This document shows positions 1-7,040 of a DNA stretch of 34,568 bases, piece after piece. A program made the translations under genes and the position numbers. The notes under the pieces were generated by a model. It did not search any database, was not told where the DNA came from, and saw only the letters and a list, made by a program, of their open reading frames with translations. This DNA is from a virus. Taxonomy: Duplodnaviria; Heunggongvirae; Uroviricota; Caudoviricetes. The stretch covers positions 1-34,568 of the IMG/VR virus record IMGVR_UViG_2740892214_000019; one strand, 5' to 3'. Positions within the stretch are counted from its first letter, which is position 1. Every line of letters begins with the position of its first letter.

Positions 1-552
1 TATGCCTATGCAATGTGGATCAGCCCGTCATTCCATCTGAAGGTGATCCGTACTTTCGATATGGTAACCAGCGCACCGGAAAAATTATCCGGGCAGGCTG
101 CTGACAAGATGCAGGCTGGAGTGATTCTGCTGGACTTTATGCGCAGGGAGTTAAACCTGTCTAACTCTTCAGTGCTTGGTGCCTGTCAGAAACTCCAGGA
201 GGCTGTTGGCTTACCGAATCTGGCTCCGCGCTATGCAATTGATGCTCCTGCCGATGCACCCGATGGCTCAAGTCGCCCTACGCTGTCACTGAGTGCACTG
301 CTGAAGCAGTATGGTATCCGCCTGACGGCTAATCAGGCATATCACCAGATGGTGAAGCTGGGGATCGTCGAGCAGCGCGAACGATACAGCCGTACCGCGA
401 TTAACAACATCAAAAAATTCTGGTCGCTGACAGCGAAAGGCTGCATGTTCGGCAAGAACATCACCAGTCCCGCAAATCCGCGCGAGACGCAGCCGCATTT
501 CTTCGAATCCCGATTCCCTGAGCTGTTAAAGCTGCTCGATACCGTTCATTGA
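1..552 (+). CDS. Antirepressor-like protein, KilA-C-type C-terminal domain, 5'-partial
   Basis: Frame is open from window position 1; C-terminal region resembles phage KilAC/antirepressor domains. Family assignment is from memory, not a search. Confidence 0.4.
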   Translation, partial: YAYAMWISPSFHLKVIRTFDMVTSAPEKLSGQAADKMQAGVILLDFMRRELNLSNSSVLGACQKLQEAVGLPNLAPRYAIDAPADAPDGSSRPTLSLSALLKQYGIRLTANQAYHQMVKLGIVEQRERYSRTAINNIKKFWSLTAKGCMFGKNITSPANPRETQPHFFESRFPELLKLLDTVH

Positions 553-553
553 G

Positions 554-1549
554 GTGACCGTGAGAGCACTACTGACCCCTGAAATTGCCCCGCGTATGGG
601 GATCGTATTGTTCAGGCCAGGTTCAGAGCTGATGCCCCTGTTTATGCAGGGGCGTGTCCTGCTGGAGCCTGAGCCGGAGCGTTATTCATCTTTCGCCAGT
701 GGTGCCGTTCCGGCGGCATCACAACCGCTGGCGGATGATCCTGCTGTTCGGGCCGTGTTCCGCAATGAGGCAGTGATCCGTCGTGCTGGTGGAGTGGAAT
801 GTCTTGAAAGCTGGTTACTTCGTGAAAAAGGCTGCCAGTGGCCTCATTCCGACTGGCACAGCGAGAATATGACCACAATGCGACACGCGCCGGGCGCAAT
901 CCGTCTGTGCTGGCACTGCGATAACCAGCTGCGCGATCAGTTCACGGAACGGCTGGAATCAATGGCAACGGATAACTGTGCCCGCTGGATGTTGTCTGTT
1001 GTGCGTCGGGATCTCGGTTTTGATGACAGTCACGTTGTGACAATGCCGGAACTATGCTGGTGGCTGGTTCGTAATGACCTGGCGGATGCCTTACCGGAAA
1101 GTGCAGCCCGTAAGGCACTGAGATTACCGAAGCCTGTTGTGCCGTCTGTCACCCGGGAAAGTGACCTTGTTCCTTCGGTTCCTGCCACCAGCATCATCCA
1201 GGATAAAGCGAAAAAGGTGCTGGCGCTGAAAGTGGATCCGGAGTCGCCGGAGTCTTTTATGTTACGCCCCAAACGTCGCCGCTGGGTTAACGAAAAGTAC
1301 ACGCGCTGGGTTAAGACGCAGCCGTGCGCATGTTGTGGAAAGTCTGCTGATGATCCTCACCACCTGATAGGTCACGGTCAGGGCGGAATGGGGACAAAAA
1401 CGCATGACCTCTTTGTGTTGCCTTTGTGCAGAAAGCATCACGACGAGCTGCATGCAGATACCGTGGCATTTGAAGAGAAGTATGGCTCCCAACTGGAGCT
1501 GATATTTCGTTTTATCGATCGTGCGCTGGCGATTGGTGTGTTGGCCTGA
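554..1549 (+). CDS. Phage protein with C-terminal Cys/His-rich motif (DUF968/NinG-like nin-region protein)
   Basis: 331-aa ORF; C-terminus has the motif CACCG...HH...H...C..HH..LH. Track start at 554 is a GTG, so the true start is uncertain. Position upstream of Q matches a lambdoid nin region. Confidence 0.4.
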   Translation: MTVRALLTPEIAPRMGIVLFRPGSELMPLFMQGRVLLEPEPERYSSFASGAVPAASQPLADDPAVRAVFRNEAVIRRAGGVECLESWLLREKGCQWPHSDWHSENMTTMRHAPGAIRLCWHCDNQLRDQFTERLESMATDNCARWMLSVVRRDLGFDDSHVVTMPELCWWLVRNDLADALPESAARKALRLPKPVVPSVTRESDLVPSVPATSIIQDKAKKVLALKVDPESPESFMLRPKRRRWVNEKYTRWVKTQPCACCGKSADDPHHLIGHGQGGMGTKTHDLFVLPLCRKHHDELHADTVAFEEKYGSQLELIFRFIDRALAIGVLA

Positions 1550-1566
1550 TTTGGTGGAGAAAGTTG

Positions 1567-1932
1567 ATGCGTGATATTCAGATGGTTCTGGAGCGTTGGG
1601 GGGCATGGGCGGCGAGTGATAGTTCAGGCGTTGATTATTCACCTATAGCCGCTGGGTTTAAGGGACTTCTTCCCTATACAAGCAAGAAACGCTTGGCTTG
1701 TTCGGATAGTGATGCCTTAATTATTGAAGGTTGTCTTGCTCGTCTAAAGCAAAAAAAGCCAGATGAGCACTCGCTGCTTGTGGCACATTATTTATACAGA
1801 ATATCCAAGCGTAAGATTGCAAAGGTGCGTGGAAAGGATGAAAAATTGGTACGCATAGAAATACAACTAGCCGAAGGATTTATTGATGGTTGCCTTTCAA
1901 TGTTGGATGTTAACCTTGAAATGGACGCTTAG
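1567..1932 (+). CDS. Late-gene antiterminator Q (Q82/QuuD family)
   Basis: N-terminus MRDIQMVLERWGAWAA and overall length closely resemble E. coli QuuD and phage 82 Q as I recall them. First ATG is at 1567; the track's 1564 is a TTG. Confidence 0.8.
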   Translation: MRDIQMVLERWGAWAASDSSGVDYSPIAAGFKGLLPYTSKKRLACSDSDALIIEGCLARLKQKKPDEHSLLVAHYLYRISKRKIAKVRGKDEKLVRIEIQLAEGFIDGCLSMLDVNLEMDA

Positions 1933-1938
1933 GGTTGC

Positions 1939-1968
1939 ACAGGTTGGCCCCATATGAGGCCAACCTGT
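1939..1968. terminator. Perfect 11-bp inverted repeat (ACAGGTTGGCC, 8-nt loop, GGCCAACCTGT), no U-tract
   Basis: Read directly; lies between the Q stop and the 3' end of the minus-strand cassette. Likely bidirectional attenuator or RNA 3'-end stabiliser. Confidence 0.35.
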
Positions 1969-2417
1969 CACAAGTGGGGGAAGATTTTTCGTAACACTAA
2001 CCAACACCTTCCGAAGGTATATAGCGAAATTATAAGGGAGGATAAGCCTAACAGTATGAATAGGAAATCAATAGGTTTGCCCGCAACAATAACATCATCA
2101 GGTAGAAACATCGCTATCAATGGAAATATACATGCGACGATGAGAGTTAACCCTGTTGAAAGTAATCGATTTACCAGAGTTGGTAACACGTTGTTTTGCT
2201 TAAGGGCATTAATTGCTCCTTCCTTATCGCTGTTTGCACTACTAAATATAGATATTGCAGCCAGAACAAAACCAAACAGGATGCCTGATATAGTCGAGAG
2301 CACCCCCGCTGTTGTGAGTACGTCAGCATGCTTCATCGGTTTAAACAGTTTTGTCGCTGCATAGGTCAACAGAATCCAGAGGACGCATTTCCAGAGAAAA
2401 GTGGCTAATTCTCTCAT
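1968..2417 (-). CDS. Small integral membrane protein, about four predicted TM helices (second gene of moron cassette)
   Basis: Four hydrophobic stretches of about 20 aa by eye. Start preferred at the internal Met at 2417 (MRELAT...) because GGAGGA sits about 6 nt upstream; the track start is 2429. AT-rich by eye. Confidence 0.6.
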   Translation of the reverse strand: MRELATFLWKCVLWILLTYAATKLFKPMKHADVLTTAGVLSTISGILFGFVLAAISIFSSANSDKEGAINALKQNNVLPTLVNRLLSTGLTLIVACIFPLIAMFLPDDVIVAGKPIDFLFILLGLSSLIISLYTFGRCWLVLRKIFPHL

Positions 2418-2438
2418 TGTGTCCTCCATGCTTGGTTA

Positions 2439-3380
2439 TTAGTCTCTGCTAGCGAGCTCATACTGTGCAAGATAGTTCGCGTTATCAATTTTAGCAGATA
2501 TCATCGCCGTTCTGATATCAGAATCGGATGGATAACCGCTTTTGACAATGATTGTCTTTGTACTGACCAATACTTGGTCAAGTAGACTTTTGGGCGTTCT
2601 ATTGGATGGCTCTGTTACATCAATTTTTTTAATTTTTAGACCTCCAGAACCTTTTGGAAAAAGTTCAAGTAGTTCCTTAATAGCATCGGTGACAGAAGTT
2701 TTTAGATAGTTAAACCCTTGTTTTTTCGGGCGAATCCGACCTCGCATATTTAATCTTAGATGCGACCCGCCCATACCAACAACCATGTCAATAATTTCAT
2801 TAGCTAAAGGGTTTTTAATCTTATAATTAGCTTTGTTAAAGTTTCTTGGAGCAGCAACTATAAGATCGAAACTACGTAGGATATTTCCGTCCTCAAGCAG
2901 TTCCTTCATGCTCTCTTGTTTCCAAATGGCTTCAAAAGTGACGCTTTTTAAATCAGTTTTGTTATACAAAATGAATGCCAGATCATTTACTTTGGGCCCT
3001 ATATGGTTGAGGGTCATAGCTAATAAGTCCGTTTCGTAGTAATAGATAAAATATGTTCTTTCAACTACAGAATCTTTATCATTTAAAGGAATTGTTCTCT
3101 CACTACCTGTAGCATCCTCGATGAACGGTAGTAGGCATTCCCTTCTCCACGATACGTAACCAAAGTAACATTGCAGTGTGGTATCTTTTTGAAGAATAAC
3201 TAACTTTAACCCTCGATTTGGGGTGTCTGTTGTGTAAGTTATTGGAAAAGTTTCAGTATCTGCTGTGGTCATTTGCTCAAAGGCTAGTTTTGCAGCAGAT
3301 GTGCCATCTTTTTTGCTTCCATTACCAGTGAAAAAACCAACTCTCACTCGCCTAGTTTTATTCTTATTTTCTGTACTCAT
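2439..3380 (-). CDS. Hypothetical soluble Lys/Arg-rich protein, 313 aa (first gene of moron cassette)
   Basis: Long ORF with AT-rich codon usage unlike the flanking phage genes; stop is 9 nt upstream of the membrane-protein ORF, so operon-like. No family recognised. Confidence 0.65.
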   Translation of the reverse strand: MSTENKNKTRRVRVGFFTGNGSKKDGTSAAKLAFEQMTTADTETFPITYTTDTPNRGLKLVILQKDTTLQCYFGYVSWRRECLLPFIEDATGSERTIPLNDKDSVVERTYFIYYYETDLLAMTLNHIGPKVNDLAFILYNKTDLKSVTFEAIWKQESMKELLEDGNILRSFDLIVAAPRNFNKANYKIKNPLANEIIDMVVGMGGSHLRLNMRGRIRPKKQGFNYLKTSVTDAIKELLELFPKGSGGLKIKKIDVTEPSNRTPKSLLDQVLVSTKTIIVKSGYPSDSDIRTAMISAKIDNANYLAQYELASRD

Positions 3381-3395
3381 TATCGATCCGAAATA

Positions 3396-3425
3396 ATTTT
3401 AGCAACCGTGTGAAAAATACAACAA
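3396..3425 (-). promoter_or_regulatory. Putative sigma70 promoter for the cassette
   Basis: On the minus strand TTGTTG/TTGTAT then TAAAAT upstream of the 3380 start. Weak, by-eye match only. Confidence 0.2.
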
Positions 3426-3502
3426 AAAAAAGAGGAAATCATTAGCGCGGTCCGCAAAAAACATTGTAATCTGTTAAGAGTGGTTACTTCGCCACACAGC
3501 TT

Positions 3503-3535
3503 AAACCCGCCGTCGAGCGGGTTTTGTCGTTTCTG
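3503..3535 (+). terminator. tR'-like intrinsic terminator of the short late-promoter leader (6S-type) RNA
   Basis: AAACCCGC, 6-nt loop, GCGGGTTT followed by TGTCGTTTCTG, about 140 nt upstream of the holin gene; the position matches lambdoid PR'-qut-tR'. Confidence 0.5.
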
Positions 3536-3676
3536 TGGCTGGGGATTCGTTGGTCCTGGCCTATTCCGCAGTTCTCCATCGGTTCGGCTTCTTTGATGTT
3601 TCCGCTTCTGATTTGCGGTACATGATGTTCCCTCAATTTGCACCTGCTGTATCAGCGAGGTGAGAGATAACTACAA

Positions 3677-4003
3677 ATGCCTCATAACCCAAATACCTGG
3701 CTGGAGTTGTTCCAGAGCTGGTGGCGTGGAGACACACCGCTGGGCGCAGTGATTATGTCGATCGTTATGGCTGGCTTGCGCATTGCCTATTTTGGCGGTG
3801 GTGGTGGCTGGAAACGAAAAACGCTCGAGATTTTGCTCTGTGGTGCTCTGACGCTGACTTTTGCATCCGCTCTTGAGTATGTCGGATGGCCTAAATCTCT
3901 TTCTGTTGCCATTGGTGGCGGTGTTGGGCTGATTGGTGTCGATGCAATTCGTGGGGCTGCAATGCGAGTAATCGGTAACAAATTTGGTAGCTCGAAGGAG
4001 TAA
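3677..4003 (+). CDS. Holin (putative)
   Basis: 108-aa protein with two to three hydrophobic helices, immediately upstream of the endolysin gene. Confidence 0.6.
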   Translation: MPHNPNTWLELFQSWWRGDTPLGAVIMSIVMAGLRIAYFGGGGGWKRKTLEILLCGALTLTFASALEYVGWPKSLSVAIGGGVGLIGVDAIRGAAMRVIGNKFGSSKE

Positions 4004-4006
4004 TTT

Positions 4007-4483
4007 ATGCAGGCACTAAATTCCCAGCGTAAAGCTTTCTTGGATATGGTTGCATGGTCAGAAGGAACGGATAACGGGCGACAACCGACACGTAACCACG
4101 GTTATGATGTCATTGTCGGTGGTGAACTGTTTACTGATTACTCCGATCATCCTCGCAAACTTGTCACGCTAAATCCGAAACTCAAATCAACAGCAGCCGG
4201 ACGTTACCAGCTTCTTTCCCGTTGGTGGGATGCCTACCGCAAGCAGCTAGGGCTGAAAGACTTCTCTCCCAGAAGCCAGGACTCCGTGGCATTACAGCAG
4301 ATTAAAGAGCGTGGCGCTTTACCGATGATTGATCGCGGTGATATCCGTCAGGCAATCGACCGTTGCAGCAATATCTGGGCTTCACTGCCGGGCGCTGGTT
4401 ATGGTCAGTATGAACATAAAATCGGTGACCTGATTGCCAGGTTTAAAGAGGCTGGTGGGGTGGTAAATGAAGTTGAGCTATAA
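4007..4483 (+). CDS. R: Endolysin, lambda R-type lytic transglycosylase
   Basis: Near-collinear similarity to lambda R as I recall it (NSQRKAFLDMLAWSEGTDNGRQ...YDVIVGGELFTDYSDHPRKLV...). Confidence 0.9.
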   Translation: MQALNSQRKAFLDMVAWSEGTDNGRQPTRNHGYDVIVGGELFTDYSDHPRKLVTLNPKLKSTAAGRYQLLSRWWDAYRKQLGLKDFSPRSQDSVALQQIKERGALPMIDRGDIRQAIDRCSNIWASLPGAGYGQYEHKIGDLIARFKEAGGVVNEVEL

Positions 4484-4859
4484 GCTGATTATCGCTGCTT
4501 TCCTTTTAACTGTCGTCTGTTCTTTCATCTGGTCAACCAACCACTACTACAGCAAATATCAGCACGAAAAGAAACGTGCTGATGAGGCTGTACAAAATGC
4601 CAAATCGGCAACTGCCATTACTAATAACGTCCTGCAATCACTACAAATCGTCAATACAGTACTGGAGGCTAACCAGCATGCAAAACAGCAGATCGCACTG
4701 GAGTCACAGAGAACCCAGGCTGATATCAAAATGGCTTTTGCGAATGATGATTGCGCTGCCCGTCCTGTTCCTGCTCGTGCAGCTGAACGGCTGCGCCGGT
4801 ACGCGGACAGTTTACGTACCAGTTTCGGCGGTACCACTACTAGCGAATCTGACCGCTGA
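4467..4859 (+). CDS. Rz: i-spanin Rz
   Basis: N-terminal TM anchor then coiled-coil-like periplasmic domain; overlaps the endolysin 3' end. Confidence 0.8.
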   Translation: MKLSYKLIIAAFLLTVVCSFIWSTNHYYSKYQHEKKRADEAVQNAKSATAITNNVLQSLQIVNTVLEANQHAKQQIALESQRTQADIKMAFANDDCAARPVPARAAERLRRYADSLRTSFGGTTTSESDR

Positions 4860-5016
4860 AACTCCGCAACCAGCTATCCCCGACCCGCTGACATGGAGTG
4901 GGAGCCTGGATTTGAACGTAAGCCTGTTGTCGGCGCTGGCGTCTTGTAATAGGGATAAGTTAGACATTAGAAAGAGTGAGCACCTGCTTTCGGAGAAAAA
5001 CTCTGCTGAAAAGTGA
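4744..5016 (+). CDS. Rz1: o-spanin Rz1 (lipoprotein), +1 frame overlapping Rz
   Basis: MMIALPVLFLLVQLNGC lipobox signal followed by a Pro-rich region; starts inside Rz and extends beyond its stop. Confidence 0.6.
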   Translation: MMIALPVLFLLVQLNGCAGTRTVYVPVSAVPLLANLTAETPQPAIPDPLTWSGSLDLNVSLLSALASCNRDKLDIRKSEHLLSEKNSAEK

Positions 5017-5124
5017 GGTTATATAGCTAGATCGGAATTGGCGATTCATATATCGGAAATAGTTGGTTAAGAATTTTCTGGAATGATTGTATGCTTTTAC
5101 AACCTATATCGAAGTTCATGTTGG

Positions 5125-5994
5125 ATGAATTTTATGCAAAACGTACAGCCGCTATCTCTGGTAACTACTTTAGTAATTTTGAGGTCTAATGGAGAGTCAA
5201 AGTCGTTAGGTACTGGGTTCTTTTATCAACATAGCAATGGTTTCATTTTCCTTGCAACTAACTATCATGTAATAACTGGAATCAGCCCATCCGAAAGGGG
5301 TGTAAAGCCATTTATAGGCGATAGTATTGATATTCAGCTGAGAGATAAAACCGGAAAACTATTCAAACATACGATGCCTCTGTTTAAAGATGGTTCACCG
5401 CTGTGGTTGGAGCACCCCACAGATAAAGAGGCAGACATTATCTTGATGCCTTTGCCTCAAGAGTTGTTTGTAAACACAGGAGTAAAAGTAGTCTCAAAAA
5501 CAACGACACTGCCTAATGTCCAGATAAACCCCTCATCTCCTGTTGTAATGATTGGATATCCTCATGGTTATCATGACACGACTCACTACCTTCCAATATG
5601 GAAAACAGGAAGCTTAGCGAGTGAGCCAGATATCGATTTCGATGGGAAGAAATTAATAGTTGTCGATATTTCTGCTTTCCCTGGAATGTCAGGCTCTCCG
5701 GCATTCTATGTCACGCACAGTGGTTATCTTACAAAAGAAGGGAATATGATCATGGATATGGGAATGAAAATTCATTTCCTTGGCGTTTATGCAAGTATGC
5801 AAATGCTAAACAGTGATCTTTTCTTAGAACAAGTCGTTAGTGCTGCAGAATACAAAGTGTCGCATAGTGAATCTTTGCAACTAGGGCATGTCTGGAAAGC
5901 TGAGTTACTTGAAGAGATAGCTGCGACATCTAGTCCGATTGCAACCACACCATCTCAATTTCAAAGTAATAGCAAATTCTTATTTAAGTACTGA
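5125..5994 (+). CDS. Standalone trypsin-like (chymotrypsin-fold) serine protease, no signal peptide
   Basis: His motif LATNYHV, candidate Asp in KEADIIL, Ser motif GMSGSP, in H-D-S order. AT-rich by eye. Start chosen at the ATG at 5125 rather than the track's 5083. Confidence 0.65.
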   Translation: MNFMQNVQPLSLVTTLVILRSNGESKSLGTGFFYQHSNGFIFLATNYHVITGISPSERGVKPFIGDSIDIQLRDKTGKLFKHTMPLFKDGSPLWLEHPTDKEADIILMPLPQELFVNTGVKVVSKTTTLPNVQINPSSPVVMIGYPHGYHDTTHYLPIWKTGSLASEPDIDFDGKKLIVVDISAFPGMSGSPAFYVTHSGYLTKEGNMIMDMGMKIHFLGVYASMQMLNSDLFLEQVVSAAEYKVSHSESLQLGHVWKAELLEEIAATSSPIATTPSQFQSNSKFLFKY

Positions 5995-6069
5995 GATACG
6001 TCTACACATAAACCGCCTGTTGGAGGTTTTTATGCATATCGTGCGAGCAGTATCAGAGAGAATATTTCA

Positions 6070-6420
6070 ATGCCACCACGAACACCAAAAGCCTGCCGTG
6101 TTCGCGGCTGCCGATCGACAACCACAGACCCGTCAGGTTATTGCAAGCAACACAAAGGCGAAGGCTGGAAGCAATACAAGCCAGGACAATCCCGTCATCA
6201 GCGCGGTTATGGTTCGAAGTGGGACGTTATCCGCGCGCGTGTGCTGAAGCGTGACAAAGGCCTGTGTCAGTTGTGTTTGCGTGCCGGTGTGGTGCGCGAG
6301 GCGAAAACCGTTGACCACATCATTCCTAAAGCGCATGGCGGCACTGATGCCGACCGTAATCTGCAGAGTCTGTGCTGGCCGTGTCATAAGGCGAAGACGG
6401 CCCGTGAACGGTTGAAGTGA
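6070..6420 (+). CDS. HNH homing endonuclease (terminase-associated)
   Basis: Cys-rich N-terminus and DHIIP...HGG...N...LC..CH HNH motif, immediately upstream of the terminase genes. Confidence 0.85.
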   Translation: MPPRTPKACRVRGCRSTTTDPSGYCKQHKGEGWKQYKPGQSRHQRGYGSKWDVIRARVLKRDKGLCQLCLRAGVVREAKTVDHIIPKAHGGTDADRNLQSLCWPCHKAKTARERLK

Positions 6421-6446
6421 TAATAATTCTCAACTGCTTGAGGGGA

Positions 6447-6506
6447 GGGGCGGGTCAAATCCCTGCGGCCTGACGTCTTCCGGACTGCCCGCCCCATCGT
6501 TTTTTT
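6447..6506 (+). terminator. GC-rich stem (GGGGCGGG ... CCCGCCCC) followed by a T-run; terminator-like, possibly near cos
   Basis: Read directly in the HNH-to-terminase intergenic region. Confidence 0.35.
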
Positions 6507-6545
6507 ATACCCGCGAAAAATGAAATTTAACCAGGAGTGCCGCAT

Positions 6546-7040
6546 ATGGCTGGAACGGCGGGGCGTTCCGGGCGTCGCCCCAAGCCAACGGCGCGCAAGG
6601 CGCTGGCCGGAAACCCCGGCAAGCGAGCCCTGAACAAAGATGAACCTGTTTTTACGCCCATCAAAGGTGTTGAGCCACCAGAGTGGTTCGCTGAAGAAGA
6701 TCTCCCTCTCGCCACGATCATGTGGCAACTGACAACCAAAGAACTCTGCGGTCATGGCCTGTTGTGCGTGACTGACCTCGCGGTGCTTGAGCGGTGGTGC
6801 GTGGCCTATGAGTTCTGGCGACGTGCCGTGAAAAATATTGCCATACAGGGCAACACCATCACCGGTGCAATGGGCGGCAGGGTCAAAAATCCGGAGCTGA
6901 CCGCCAAAAAAGAACAGGAGTCCGAGATGAGCAGCACGGGGGCAATGCTCGGACTCGACCCCAGCAGCCGCCAGCGTCTGATTGGCCTGGCGGGGCAGAA
7001 GAAAGCTACTAACCCGTTTCTGAAAATTATCGAATCATGA
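6546..7040 (+). CDS. Terminase small subunit (P27 family)
   Basis: Family-typical N-terminus (GRSGRRPKP...[10 protein letters not shown]); AGGAG lies 8 nt upstream of the ATG at 6546. Confidence 0.8.
   Translation: MAGTAGRSGRRPKPTARKALAGNPGKRALNKDEPVFTPIKGVEPPEWFAEEDLPLATIMWQLTTKELCGHGLLCVTDLAVLERWCVAYEFWRRAVKNIAIQGNTITGAMGGRVKNPELTAKKEQESEMSSTGAMLGLDPSSRQRLIGLAGQKKATNPFLKIIES

Noticed and set aside
286-498. Short minus-strand ORFs inside well-supported plus-strand genes (for example 286-498, 642-899, 8441-8740, 9000-9554, 29534-29968, 30002-30691)
   Set aside because: These are shadow ORFs on the antisense strand of GC-rich genes that have clear homology and synteny on the plus strand; they have no RBS context or independent support.
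3380-3643. 87-aa minus-strand ORF across the late-promoter/tR' region
   Set aside because: It overlaps the terminator hairpin and the predicted regulatory region, and has an odd composition (Cys/Phe run); most likely non-coding.
5083-5124. Upstream extension of the protease ORF (MIVCFYNLYRSSCW...)
   Set aside because: An ATG at 5125 within an AT-rich leader is a more plausible start; the extension adds a Cys/Tyr-rich peptide with no signal-peptide character.
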